Origin: Mobula hypostoma
Taxonomy: Eukaryota
DNA length: 64,000 nucleotides
Assembly (NCBI RefSeq): GCF_963921235.1
Contig: NC_086108.1
Span: 45,944,001 to 46,008,000 of the forward strand
Reading direction: 5' to 3'
The position numbers and the translations under genes were made by a program. Shown in pieces: positions 55,601-63,893 of the stretch. Numbering within the stretch: position 1 is the first letter of the stretch; each line of letters starts with the position of its first letter. The notes beneath the pieces are model-generated. The model made no database searches. It was not told the DNA's origin and worked only from the letters and a program-made list of their open reading frames with translations.

Positions 55601-58448
55601 ACGCCCAGTCGCTCCAATCTTTCGACATATGACAGTCCCGCCATCCCAGGAATTAATCTTGTGAACCTACGCTGCACGCCCTCAATAGCAAGAATGTCCT
55701 TCCTCAAATTTGGAGACCAAAACTGCACACAGTACTCCAGGTGTGGTCTCACCAGGGCCCTGTACAGCTGCAGAAGGACCTCTTTGCTCTTATATTCAAT
55801 TCCCCCTGTTATGAAGGCCAGCATGCCATTAACTTTCTTCACTGCCTGCTGTATTTGCATGCTTGCTTTCAGTGACTCATGTACAAGAACACCTAGATCT
55901 CGTTGTGCTTCCCCTTTTCCTAACTTGACTCCATTTAGATAATAATCTGCCTTCCTGTTCTTACCACCAAAGTGGATAACCTCACATTTATCCACATTAA
56001 GCTGCATCTGCCATGCATCTGCCCACTCACCCAGCCTGTCCAAGTCACATGGATTCTCATGACATCCTCCTCACATTTCACACTGCCACCCAGCTTTGTG
56101 TCATCGGCAAATTTGACTGCCAAGGCAACCTCATGTCTACTTTTAACCCTCCTGATTTCCTTCTTAAGTATTTTCTTGCACTTTTTATACTCCTCAAGCA
56201 CCTTATTTATTCTCTGTTTCCTACACATGTCATACAACTCTCTCTTCTTCTTTATCAGAGTTGCAATATCCCTTGAGAACCAAGGTTCCTTATTCCTATT
56301 CACTTTGCCTTTAATCCTGACAGGAACATACAAGCTCTGCACTCTCAAAATTTCTCCTTCGAAGGCTTCCCAGTTACTGATCACATCCTTGCCAGAGAAC
56401 AACCTGTCCCAATCCACGCTTTTTAGATCCTTTCTCATGTCTTCAAATTTGACCTTCTTCCAGTTCAGAACCTCAACCCTAGGACCAGATCTATCCTTGT
56501 CCAAGGTCAAGTTGAAACTAATGGTGTTATGATCACTGGAACCAAAGTGCTCCCCTACCCACACTTCCATCACTTGTCCTAACTCGTTTCCTAACAGGAG
56601 ATCCAATATTGCATCCCCTCTAGTTGGTACCTCTATATATTGATTTAGAAAACTTTCCTGAACACATTTTACAAACTCTAAACCATCTAGACCCCTAACA
56701 GTATGGGAGTCCCAATCAACATGTGGGAAATTAAAATCCCCTACCACCACAACTTTTTGTTTCCTGCAGTTGTCTGCTATCTCTCTGCAGATTTGCTCCT
56801 CCAATTCTCGCTGACTATTGGGTGGTCTATAATACAACCCCATTAATGTGGCCATACCTTTCCTGTTTCTCAGCTCCACCCATAAGGACTCAGTAGACAA
56901 GCCCTCTAATCTGTCCTGGCTGAGCACTGCTGTAACATTTTCCCTGACAAGCAATGCTACCCCCCCACCTTTCATTCTTCTGCCTCGATCACATCTGAAA
57001 CATCGGAACCCTGAAATATTAAGCTGCCAGTCCTGCCCCTCCTGTAGCCAAGTTTCACTAATTGCTATAACGTCATAATTCCACGTGTCAATCCACGCCC
57101 TCAACCAGTCTGCCTTCCTTGCAATACTCCTAGCATTGAAATATATACACCTCAGAAGTTTTTCACTACCACTCACAACCTTTCTATTTGTGGCTGTGCT
57201 TGAACTTTTAATATCATTTATTTTCACCCCAACCACACTGTCAGCTCTGGCACCCTGGTTCCCATCCCCTGCAAATCTAGTTTAAGGCCACCCCAACAGC
57301 ACTAACAAACCTCCCTGAAAGGATATTGGTCCCCTTGTAGTTCAAGTGTAACCCGTGTCTCTTGTACAGGTCCCACCTGCCCCAGAAGAGGTCCCAATGA
57401 TCCTGAAATCTGAAACCCTGCCCCCTACACCAGTTCCTCAGCCACTTGTTCATCCTCCAGAGCATCCTATTCCTACCCTCACTGGCACCTAGCACAGGTT
57501 GCAATCCTGAGATTACCACTCTCGAGGTCCTGCTTTTCAACTTCCTACCAAGCTCTCTATACTCACTCTCCAGGACCTCCTCACTCTTCCTTGCTATGTC
57601 ATTGGTACCGACGTGCACCACGACATCTGGCTGATCACCCTTCCACTTCAGGATGTCATGCAAGCGATCAGAGACATCCTTCACCCTGGCACCCGGGAGG
57701 CAACAAACCATCCTGGATTCTCTGTCATGACCACAGAACCTCCTATCTGCACCTCTAACTATCGAGTCCCCTATCACTACCACTCTCCTCTTTTTCCACC
57801 CTCCCTTCTGCACTGCAGAGCCAGACTCAGTGCCAGAGATCCGGCTACTGCAGCTTGTCCCAGGTAAGTCATCCCCCCCAACAGTATCCAATACGGTATA
57901 CTTGTTGTTGAGGGGAATGGCCACAGGGGAACTCTGCTCTGCCTGCCCTTTCCTCTTCCCTCGCCTGACAGTGACCCAATTTCCTGTGCTCTGCTCCTTT
58001 GGCGTAACCACCTCCCTGTAGCTACTATCTATAATCTCCTCATTCTCCCGAATGATCTGGAGGTCATCCAGCTCCTGCTCCAGTTCCCTAACGCATGCTT
58101 AATACTAATTCCTTTTATTGTCAAAATACTGACTTACTTTGGTTTCATTTCAAATATTTCTTTTGTTAATATATTTTTTACCATTTGCTCCACAAGGTTC
58201 AATGTCAGGTAATGAAAGAAACAGTACAATTTCTGAACTATTGTTCTAACTCTTCCGGAGTTGGAGAATCCAACTGATTCGTACCTTTAGTACAGACCCA
58301 GAACGTAGGATGCTGAGCCTGACGAAACTTCCTCCACTCCCAGCCTTCCTTAGTCCAGTAGTTTTCCTTTACATATCCTCCATCCTGCACAAACTTCCAA
58401 TATTCTCCGTTTGTTATCAGGTACTTGCTAGCTTGAAACTCCGGCACA
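7567..58448 (-). CDS. ovoA: OvoA-like ovothiol biosynthesis enzyme (5-histidylcysteine sulfoxide synthase / mercaptohistidine methyltransferase), 5'-partial, 12 exons in window
   Basis: Manual splice model: complement(join(7567..7645,12726..12837,22032..22110,23261..23386,24344..24514,26818..26912,27843..28008,33781..33945,34789..34881,41419..41569,43643..43808,58285..58448)). All introns are GT-AG and all phases chain (1567 nt, 521 aa + TAG). Motifs: [78 protein letters not shown], then MTase-like LGSGTG...VIGIDY. Confidence 0.9.
7889..8046. mobile_element. Short Penelope-derived fold-back element
   Basis: Inverted arms around 8005-8015; 13-bp TSD TTAACCTTGTTCT at 7876-7888 and 8047-8059. 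Confidence 0.85.
9000..10499 (+). mobile_element. CR1-type LINE, 5'-truncated, frameshifted RT
   Basis: [33 protein letters not shown] and KFADDTK; (CTATTGT)n tail. Confidence 0.92.
11381..11575. mobile_element. Short Penelope-derived fold-back element
   Basis: Inverted arms; 14-bp TSD ACAGATGGAAACAC at 11367-11380 and 11576-11589. Confidence 0.8.
12726..12837 (-). CDS. ovoA: ovoA exon: [37 protein letters not shown]
   Basis: Acceptor tttatttgccag, donor CA|gtaagt; 112 bp; phase 1 to 2; matches the MTase 'L...G.LVI.S' strand. Confidence 0.85.
15030..17460 (-). mobile_element. Decayed Penelope-like element whose purine-rich UTR contains an expanded minisatellite
   Basis: pLTR-like ctgcagatgctggaa ... 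catcaggact at 15044-15151; GIY-YIG C-terminal-like remnant (ttacctgaaattggagaattc) at about 17387. Confidence 0.6.
15200..17097. repeat. 42-bp minisatellite, about 45 copies (GATACTGACAGAGGTTGGACAGATGGGATAGGGAGGGATGAA)
   Basis: Periodicity visible directly; 210-bp (5-unit) higher-order duplication, seen as ORFs at 15938 and 16148 with the same first 67 aa. Confidence 0.95.
17772..17870 (+). mobile_element. Solo Penelope pLTR fragment with hammerhead motif
   Basis: gtcCTGATGAagggtctcggcctGAAACgtc followed by the shared pLTR sequence. Confidence 0.8.
18060..18710 (+). mobile_element. Highly decayed Penelope-like fragment with a small inserted LINE tail (about 18350-18425)
   Basis: Weak similarity to the other copies (tccttccaggtgaag; ggattcaacactga). 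Confidence 0.45.
19192..19366. repeat. 29-bp tandem repeat, 6 copies (ATAACTCTCTGCTGGGACTTGCAGGGAAG)
   Basis: Read directly from the sequence; the second copy is 2 bp shorter. Confidence 0.95.
21136..21643 (+). mobile_element. Non-autonomous Tc1/mariner-like DNA transposon
   Basis: Imperfect TIRs agtggccacttcattaagtaca / tgtatctaataaggtagccactg with TA at the right end; internal transposase-like remnant (agcatctctgaacacaca). Confidence 0.7.
22032..22110 (-). CDS. ovoA: ovoA exon: [26 protein letters not shown]
   Basis: Acceptor atttttcag, donor CAG|gtaaga; 79 bp; phase 0 to 1; LDR..NP segment. Confidence 0.87.
23261..23386 (-). CDS. ovoA: ovoA exon: [42 protein letters not shown]
   Basis: Acceptor tctttcatag, donor CAG|gtaaac; 126 bp; post-motif I V.GIDY..RFI..A..L...G. 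Confidence 0.9.
23630..23975 (+). mobile_element. CR1 3' fragment
   Basis: Similar to the reverse complement of 281-620; tttctatgtttcta tail. Confidence 0.85.
24344..24514 (-). CDS. ovoA: ovoA exon, MTase motif [58 protein letters not shown]
   Basis: Acceptor tttactcag, donor AAG|gtgctg; 171 bp; GxGxG loop followed by xxSFxL. Confidence 0.88.
26818..26912 (-). CDS. ovoA: ovoA exon, linker: [32 protein letters not shown]
   Basis: Acceptor ttttctgcag, donor CAG|gtaggt; 95 bp; phase 1 to 0; YETD motif at the start of the MTase region. Confidence 0.85.
27600..27820. mobile_element. Degenerate Penelope-derived fold-back element
   Basis: Inverted pLTR arms (ctggagaaattcag ... ctgagctcctccag). 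Confidence 0.6.
27843..28008 (-). CDS. ovoA: ovoA exon: [55 protein letters not shown]
   Basis: Acceptor gtattcatag, donor CAG|gtaaaa; 166 bp; GGSW...[11 protein letters not shown] marks the end of the FGE-sulfatase-like domain. Confidence 0.93.
28140..28370. mobile_element. Degenerate Penelope-derived fold-back element
   Basis: ctggaggaactcag ... catcaggac ... ctgacttcctccaac. Confidence 0.55.
29400..30235 (+). mobile_element. Decayed CR1 3' fragment
   Basis: Degenerate RT C-terminal and 3'UTR similarity to the other CR1 copies. Confidence 0.7.
30310..33345 (-). mobile_element. Decayed Gypsy/Ty3-type LTR retrotransposon (gag, protease region, RT start), interrupted by later insertions
   Basis: Gag N-terminus MAGYI...[19 protein letters not shown] (about 33156-32920); zinc knuckle CYRCG..SH / CNKVGH (ORF 31928..32248); RT start [36 protein letters not shown] (about 30440-30315). 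Confidence 0.8.
30524..31503 (-). mobile_element. Penelope-like element 3' fragment inserted in the Gypsy pol region
   Basis: [30 protein letters not shown] and LVLTYHP; pLTR at the left end. Gypsy coding resumes on both sides. Confidence 0.88.
33781..33945 (-). CDS. ovoA: ovoA exon: [55 protein letters not shown]
   Basis: Acceptor ccctgcag, donor CTG|gtgggt; 165 bp; GNVWEW and the OvoA-type YDDFS.P.FDG.H motif. Confidence 0.93.
34789..34881 (-). CDS. ovoA: ovoA exon: [31 protein letters not shown]
   Basis: Acceptor ctcttcatag, donor ACG|gtaggt; 93 bp; phase 0-0; NINL..GSP segment leading into the PV of the next exon. Confidence 0.85.
35520..35790 (-). mobile_element. CR1 3' end fragment
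   Basis: agaacatagaaca tail; translates as EGYGSCAG. Confidence 0.7.
36847..38493 (+). mobile_element. Penelope-like element (RT plus GIY-YIG), 5'-truncated, with an inverted partial pLTR at the 5' end
   Basis: [31 protein letters not shown], then GIY-YIG; 14-bp TSD CTTTCCATACAGTT at 36833-36846 and 38494-38507. Confidence 0.95.
38395..38432 (+). ncRNA. Minimal type I hammerhead ribozyme motif in a Penelope pLTR
   Basis: UAGUC-CUGACGA-stem II-GAAAC-GUC^-GACUG. Stem I is UAGUC/GACUG; palindromic ACGU replaces stem III. Confidence 0.75.
38768..39700 (+). mobile_element. Decayed Rex1/Babar-like (CR1-group) LINE fragment
   Basis: CNWILDFL...[25 protein letters not shown] C-terminus. Confidence 0.75.
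39705..41050 (-). mobile_element. Penelope-like element fragment (RT C-terminus plus GIY-YIG)
   Basis: ORFs 39965..40258 and 40283..40705; closely similar to the reverse complement of 37070-38360. Confidence 0.92.
41419..41569 (-). CDS. ovoA: ovoA exon: [50 protein letters not shown]
   Basis: Acceptor ctctacag, donor CAG|gtacgc; 151 bp; FGE-sulfatase PV.V...EA.AFC.W...RL.TEAE motif. Confidence 0.92.
41800..42740 (+). mobile_element. Highly decayed CR1 fragment
   Basis: [22 protein letters not shown] remnant. Confidence 0.7.
43643..43808 (-). CDS. ovoA: ovoA exon, Cys/Gly-rich insert: [56 protein letters not shown]
   Basis: Acceptor tttcaatag, donor AG|gtagtt; 166 bp; phase 1 to 2, exactly bridging the flanking exons. 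Not in the ORF track in this frame. Confidence 0.85.
44178..44711. mobile_element. Penelope-derived inverted-repeat element (UTR plus pLTR)
   Basis: 44178-44330 is the reverse complement of about 44480-44642. Confidence 0.8.
47131..48436 (-). mobile_element. Penelope-like element with inverted pLTRs, each carrying a hammerhead motif
   Basis: GIY-YIG remnant; inverted arms ~47131-47260 and ~48268-48400; TSD CCCA(A/G)CCACTGAG at 47118-47130 and 48437-48449. Confidence 0.92.
47192..47229 (-). ncRNA. Minimal type I hammerhead ribozyme motif
   Basis: Minus strand reads UAGUC CUGACGA AGGGUCUCGGCCU GAAAC GUC GACUG. Confidence 0.75.
49023..50727 (-). mobile_element. CR1-type LINE 3' part with an inverted 5' segment (about 50625-50727)
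   Basis: [13 protein letters not shown] and [11 protein letters not shown]; the plus-strand piece reads [16 protein letters not shown], upstream CR1 sequence in the opposite orientation. Confidence 0.85.
50728..53300 (-). mobile_element. CR1-type LINE upstream part (APE endonuclease region), interrupted by a solo LTR
   Basis: ESLWVELRN...RPPNS...VVMGDFN (ORF 52724..53056); [14 protein letters not shown]. Confidence 0.85.
50963..51799 (-). mobile_element. Solo LTR (837 bp), probably Gypsy-type
   Basis: TGTTACG...CGTAACA inverted termini; 4-bp TSD CTCA (50959-50962 and 51800-51803); minus-strand AATAAA at 51046-51051. Confidence 0.88.
55184..56113 (-). mobile_element. Nested 5'-truncated CR1 (same subfamily as 9000..10499)
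   Basis: (CAATAGA)n tail at 55184-55209; starts at KFADDTK; the host reading VALAVK|(V)KDNP resumes across it. Confidence 0.9.
57277..58011 (-). CDS. CR1 ORF1 fragment with SGNH/GDSL esterase domain
   Basis: [19 protein letters not shown] and HGLHLN motifs. Confidence 0.85.
   Translation of the reverse strand: MVTPKEQSTGNWVTVRRGKRKGQAEQSSPVAIPLNNKYTVLDTVGGDDLPGTSCSSRISGTESGSAVQKGGWKKRRVVVIGDSIVRGADRRFCGHDRESRMVCCLPGARVKDVSDRLHDILKWKGDQPDVVVHVGTNDIARKSEEVLESEYRELGRKLKSRTSRVVISGLQPVLGASEGRNRMLWRMNKWLRNWCRGQGFRFQDHWDLFWGRWDLYKRHGLHLNYKGTNILSGRFVSAVGVALN
58285..58448 (-). CDS. ovoA: ovoA exon (first in window), FGE-sulfatase-like domain: [54 protein letters not shown]
   Basis: Acceptor ttcctgtag, donor G|gtacga; 164 bp; EgtB/OvoA-type TNGEY..FV.DGGY motif. 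Confidence 0.92.
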
Positions 58449-58663
58449 CTACAGGAATGTATTTAGAATAGTTAAAGAGAAATATTTGCATGCATATTGC
58501 ATACACAATTACTAACCCCTACCCACCTCACACATCTTTCTGGAGGACAGAGTCGGACAGCCAGTCAGTCAAGTCTACATTGGTCTAAAGAGCAATTCCA
58601 TTCCTTCATTTATTTTCTCATTTATCTCTTACAGTCGTAGAATACTATAGCATAGAAACAGAC

Positions 58664-58911
58664 TGCTGGCGGTTTGATGTTTATCTTTAGAAGCTTTTTG
58701 TATGACGCATGGCTCCGGGGTTGAACACCTAATGGGGGTTTTGTTCTCACTTTACCTTGCTTAGTAGGAGTTTTTTTCTTTTTTTTGTCACCAAAATTTT
58801 TTCAATCTTTAAAATAATGTTTTTTTTCTTGAGACATTGTAAGTGCTGTCTACTTCGATGTACTCTTGTTAATTTTGGATAATAATAATAAAAAGATTTG
58901 AAAAGAAAGAA
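58664..58911 (+). mobile_element. Short retroposed insertion with A-rich tail (probably an L1/Tx1-like 3'UTR)
   Basis: 15-bp TSD AGCATAGAAACAGAC at 58649-58663 and 58912-58926; AATAAA followed by an A-rich tail. Confidence 0.75.
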
Positions 58912-58977
58912 AGCATAGAAACAGACCCTTCAGCCCATTAACATGCCGACCTGGTCTCCTGCCGAGTCCCATCTACC

Positions 58978-61900
58978 TGCACCTGGACCATATTCCTCCA
59001 ATCTCCTCTCATCTATGTACCTATCCTGCACCTAGACCATATTCCTCCAATCTCCTCTCATCTATGTACCTATCCTGCACCTAGACCATATTCCTCCAAT
59101 CTCCTCTCATCTACGTACCTATCCTGCACCTAGACCATATTCCTCCAATCTCCTCTCATCTATGTATCTATCCTGCACCTGGACCATATTCCTCCAATCT
59201 CCTCTCATCTACGTACCTATCCTGCACCTGGACCATATTCCTCCAATCTCCTCTCATCTATGTACCTATCCTGCACCTAGACCATATTCCTCCAATCTCC
59301 TCTCATCTATGTACCTATCCTGCACCTGGACCATATTCCTCCAATCTCCTCTCATCTATGTACCTATCCTGCACCTGGACCATATTCCTCCAATCTCCTC
59401 TCATCTATGTACCTATCCTGCACCTGGACCATATTCCTCCAATCTCCTCTCATCTATGTACCTATCCTGCACCTGGACCATATTCCTCCAATCTCCTCTC
59501 ATCTATGTATCTATCCTGCACCTGGACCATATTCCTCCAATCTCCTCTCATCTATGTACCTATCCTGCACCTAGACCATATTCCTCCAATCTCCTCTCAT
59601 CTATGTATCTATCCTGCACCTGGACTATATTCCTCCAATCTCCTCTCATCTACGTACCTATCCTGCACCTAGACCATATTCCTCCAATCTCCTCTCATCT
59701 ATGTACCTATCCTGCACCTGGACCATATTCCTCCAATCTCCTCTCATCTATGTACCTATCCTGCACCTAGACCATATTCCTCCAATCTCCTCTCATCTAT
59801 GTATCTATCCTGCACCTGGACCATATTCCTCCAATCTCCTCTCATCTACGTACCTATCCTGCACCTAGACCATATTCCTCCAATCTTCTCTCATCTACGT
59901 ACCTATCCTGCACCTGGACCATATTCCTTCAATCTCCTCTCATCTATGTATCTATCCTGCACCTGGACCATATTCCTTCAATCTCCTCTCATCTACGTAC
60001 CTATCCTGCACCTGGACCATATTCCTCCAATCTCCTCTCATCTATGTACCTATCCTGCACCTGGACCATATTCCTCCAATCTCCTCTCATCTATGTATCT
60101 ATCCTGCACCTGGACCATATTCCTCCAATCTCCTCTCATCTATGTATCTATCCTGCACCTGGACCATATTCCTTCAATCTCCTCTCATCTACGTACCTAT
60201 CCTGCACCTGGACCATATTCCTCCAATCTCCTCTCATCTATGTACCTATCCTGCACCTGGACCATATTCCTCCAATCTCCTCTCATCTATGTACCTATCC
60301 TGCACCTGGACCATATTCCTCCAATCTCCTCTCATCTATGTACCTATCCTGCACCTAGACCATATTCCTCCAATCTCCTCTCATCTATGTACCTATCCTG
60401 CACCTGGACCATATTCCTCCAATCTCCTCTCATCTATGTACCTATCCTGCACCTGGACCATATTCCTCCAATCTCCTCTCATCTATGTATCTATCCTGCA
60501 CCTGGACCATATTCCTCCAATCTCCTCTCATCTATGTATCTATCCTGCACCTGGACCATATTCCTCCAATCTCCTCTCATCTATGTATCTATCCTGCACC
60601 TGGACCATATTCCTCCAATCTTCTCTCATCTACGTACCTATCCTGCACCTGGACCATATTCCTCCAATCTCCTCTCATCTATGTACCTATCCTGCACCTG
60701 GACCATATTCCTCCAATCTCCTCTCATCTATGTATCTATCCTGCACCTGGACCATATTCCTCCAATCTCCTCTCATCTATGTATCTATCCTGCACCTGGA
60801 CCATATTCCTCCAATCTCCTCTCATCTATGTACCTATCCTGCACCTGGACCATATTCCTCCAATCTCCTCTCATCTACGTACCTATCCTGCACCTAGACC
60901 ATATTCCTTCAATCTCCTCTCATCTACGTACCTATCCTGCACCTGGACCATATTCCTCCAATCTCCTCTCATCTATGTACCTATCCTGCACCTGGACCAT
61001 ATTCCTCCAATCTCCTCTCATCTATGTATCTATCCTGCACCTGGACCATATTCCTCCAATCTCCTCTCATCTATGTACCTATCCTGCACCTGGACCATAT
61101 TCCTCCAATCTCCTCTCATCTATGTACCTATCCTGCACCTGGACCATATTCCTCCAATCTCCTCTCATCTATGTATCTATCCTGCACCTGGACCATATTC
61201 CTCCAATCTCCTCTCATCTATGTATCTATCCTGCACCTGGACCATATTCCTCCAATCTCCTCTCATCTATGTACCTATCCTGCACCTGGACCATATTCCT
61301 CCAATCTCCTCTCATCTACGTACCTATCCTGCACCTAGACCATATTCCTTCAATCTCCTCTCATCTACGTACCTATCCTGCACCTGGACCATATTCCTCC
61401 AATCTCCTCTCATCTATGTATCTATCCTGCACCTGGACCATATTCCTCCAATCTCCTCTCATCTATGTACCTATCCTGCACCTGGACCATATTCCTCCAA
61501 TCTCCTCTCATCTATGTACCTATCCTGCACCTGGACCATATTCCTCCAATCTCCTCTCATCTATGTACCTATCCTGCACCTGGACCATATTCCTCCAATC
61601 TCCTCTCATCTACGTACCTATCCTGCACCTAGACCATATTCCTTCAATCTCCTCTCATCTACGTACCTATCCTGCACCTGGACCATATTCCTCCAATCTC
61701 CTCTCATCTATGTACCTATCCTGCACCTGGACCATATTCCTCCAATCTCCTCTCATCTATGTATCTATCCTGCACCTGGACCATATTCCTCCAATCTCCT
61801 CTCATCTATGTATCTATCCTGCACCTGGACCATATTCCTCCAATCTCCTCTCATCTATGTACCTATCCTGCACCTGGACTATATTCCTCCAATCTTCTCT

Positions 61901-62365
61901 CATCTACGTACCTATCCTGCACCTGGACCATATTCCTCCAATCTCCTCTCATCTATGTACCTATCCTGCACCTGGACCATATTCCTCCAATCTCCTCTCA
62001 TCTACGTACCTATCCTGCACCTGGACCATATTCCTCCAATCTCCTCTCATCTACGTACCTATCCTGCACCTGGACCATATTCCTTCAATCTCCTCTCATC
62101 TATGTATCTATCCTGCACCTGGACCATATTTCTCCAATCTCCTCTCATCTATGTACCTATCCTGCACCTGGACTATATTCCTCCAATCTTCTCTCATCTA
62201 CGTACCTATCCTGCACCTGGACCATATTCCTCCAATCTCCTCTCATCTATGTACCTATCCTGCACCTGGACCATATTCCTCCAATCTCCTCTCATCTACG
62301 TACCTATCCTGCACCTGGACCATATTCCTCCAATCTCCTCTCATCTGTGTACCCATCCTGCACCT
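58978..62365. repeat. 49-bp minisatellite, 69 units (TGCACCTGGACCATATTCCTCCAATCTCCTCTCATCTATGTACCTATCC)
   Basis: First TGCACC at 58978 and last at 62359; the difference of 3381 equals 69 x 49. Only a few recurrent substitutions. Confidence 0.98.
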
Positions 62366-62954
62366 GCTACTTCTGCTAGCAGCTTGTTCCAGATTCGCAC
62401 CATCTTCTGAATGAAGAAGTTTCTCTCCAGAATTCCCTCTGAATATTTCACCTTTCACACTAAACCTATGGTCTCTAGTTCTACTCTCACCCAGCCTGAG
62501 AGGAGAAGCACCAGTCCTTACCTCTCATAACTTTGTACACAGTACCTCCATAAGACTTCCCCTCATTCTTCTGCGATCCAGGCAATAAAGTCTTAACTGA
62601 TTCAACCTTTCCCCATAACTCAAGTCTTCAAGTCCAGCAACAGCCTGTAATTTTCTCAGCACTCGTTCAAGCTTATTGATGTTTTCCCTGCAGATAGGTG
62701 ACCAAAACTGCACATAATACTGAAGACTCTGCCTCAGCAACATCTTGTACAATGTCAGCATTAACAGCCCAACTCCCGTACTCAACGCACTGCTTTATAA
62801 AGGCCAATATGTCAAAAGCGTTTTGACCCTATCTACTGTGGTACCACATCAAAGAATTATGGATCTGTATTCCCAGGTCCTTTTTGTATGTCCATCATCC
62901 ACGACCTCAACTCCCCTCAGGTCCTACTAGTCACCTGTGCTCTGGAGGCAACTT

Positions 62955-63085
62955 ACATCCATAAGGAACACAGGGCACCAGGAGGAAAACCAAGCAGGCA
63001 CAGGGAAAACATGCAAATTCAGAAGACAGCACTGGAGGCCAGGATTGAACCTGGGTTGCTGGGACTGTGAATCTGCAGCTCCACA
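62955..63085 (-). mobile_element. tRNA-derived V-SINE (HE1-like) fragment
   Basis: Minus strand has the B-box GGTTCAATCC followed by V-domain-like TTTGCATGTTTTCCCTGTG...GGTTTTCCTCC. Confidence 0.65.
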
Positions 63086-63204
63086 GTTAAGTGCTTTTTG
63101 GGATGTAGTTTACTTGAGGAAATCAGCGAACAATTTGTCTGCAGCATGCTCCCACAAAGAGGAATAACATTAATTTTATTCACAATGTTTTCTGGTGCAG
63201 CATA

Positions 63205-63893
63205 GAGGGATCAGAAGTGGAGAGAGTGAGCAATTTCAAGTTCCTGGCTGTCAAGATCTCTGAGGCTCTAATTTGGTCTCAACATATCAATGCATCTATA
63301 AAGAAGGCAAGACAGTGGTTATATTTCATTAGGAGTTTGAAGAGATTTGGTTTGTCACCTAAAACACTCAAAAACTTCTACAGATGTACCATGGAGAGCA
63401 TTCTGACAGGCTGCATCACTGTCTGGTGTGGGGGTAGGTGGGGTGTTGGAGGGCTATTGCACAGGACCAAAAGCAGCTACAGAAAGTTATAAAATTAGTC
63501 AGCTCTGTCTTGGGTACTATTCCCTGTAGTATCCAAGACATCTTCAAGGAGTGGTGCCTTAGAAAGGCGCTGTCCATTATTAAGGACCCCTGTCACCCAG
63601 GACATGCCCTCTTCTCATTGCTACCATCAGGAAGGAGGTACAGAAGCCTGAAGGCACACACTCAGTGATTCAGAAACAGATTCTTCCCCTCTGCCATATG
63701 ATTCCTAAATGGACATTGAACCTGTGAACACTAACTCACTTTTTTTAAAACACACATAGATACACACTTACTGTAATTGAATTATTTATTATTTTTGTTT
63801 CTATATTATCATGTTCAACTGCTGCTGCAAAGTTAACTAATTTCACAACACATGCCCATTACAATAAACCTGGCTCTGATTCTGATTCTGATT
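63205..63893 (+). mobile_element. Rex1/Babar-like LINE 3' fragment
   Basis: ERVSNFKFL...KKARQWLYF...[17 protein letters not shown] and HPGHALFSLLPSGRRYRS; (CTGATT)n tail. Confidence 0.85.

Larger units (their letters stand above)
53345..58095 (-). mobile_element. Near full-length CR1 LINE (ORF1 esterase plus ORF2 EN-RT) interrupted by a nested CR1 at 55184..56113
   Basis: ORF1 57277..58011; EN ORF 55935..57236 (YFNARS, ISETWL, GGGVAL, YRPPNS, GDFN, SSDH); RT ORFs 53423-55087; ccatagaaa tail. Confidence 0.93.
58630..62890 (-). mobile_element. CR1 3' fragment hosting a 49-bp satellite expansion
   Basis: CR1 3'UTR at 58912-58977; RT C-terminus at 62366-62890 (LQYYVQFWSP...LERV). Confidence 0.8.

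Noticed and set aside
7567..58448. Bacterial contamination, or SUMF1/FGE or EgtB identity, for the sulfatase-like exons
   Set aside because: Spliceosomal introns filled with vertebrate-type TEs. No FGE catalytic cysteines after GGSW. The C-terminal MTase and [13 protein letters not shown] motifs fit OvoA better, pending a database search.
58978..62365. CRISPR-like array
   Set aside because: Units are head-to-tail with no unique spacers; no cas genes; eukaryotic context.
59162..62414. Very long ORFs (up to 871 aa) with repeated MYLSCTWTIFLQSP...
   Set aside because: Artefact of the 49-bp satellite being nearly stop-free in all three plus frames; no gene context.
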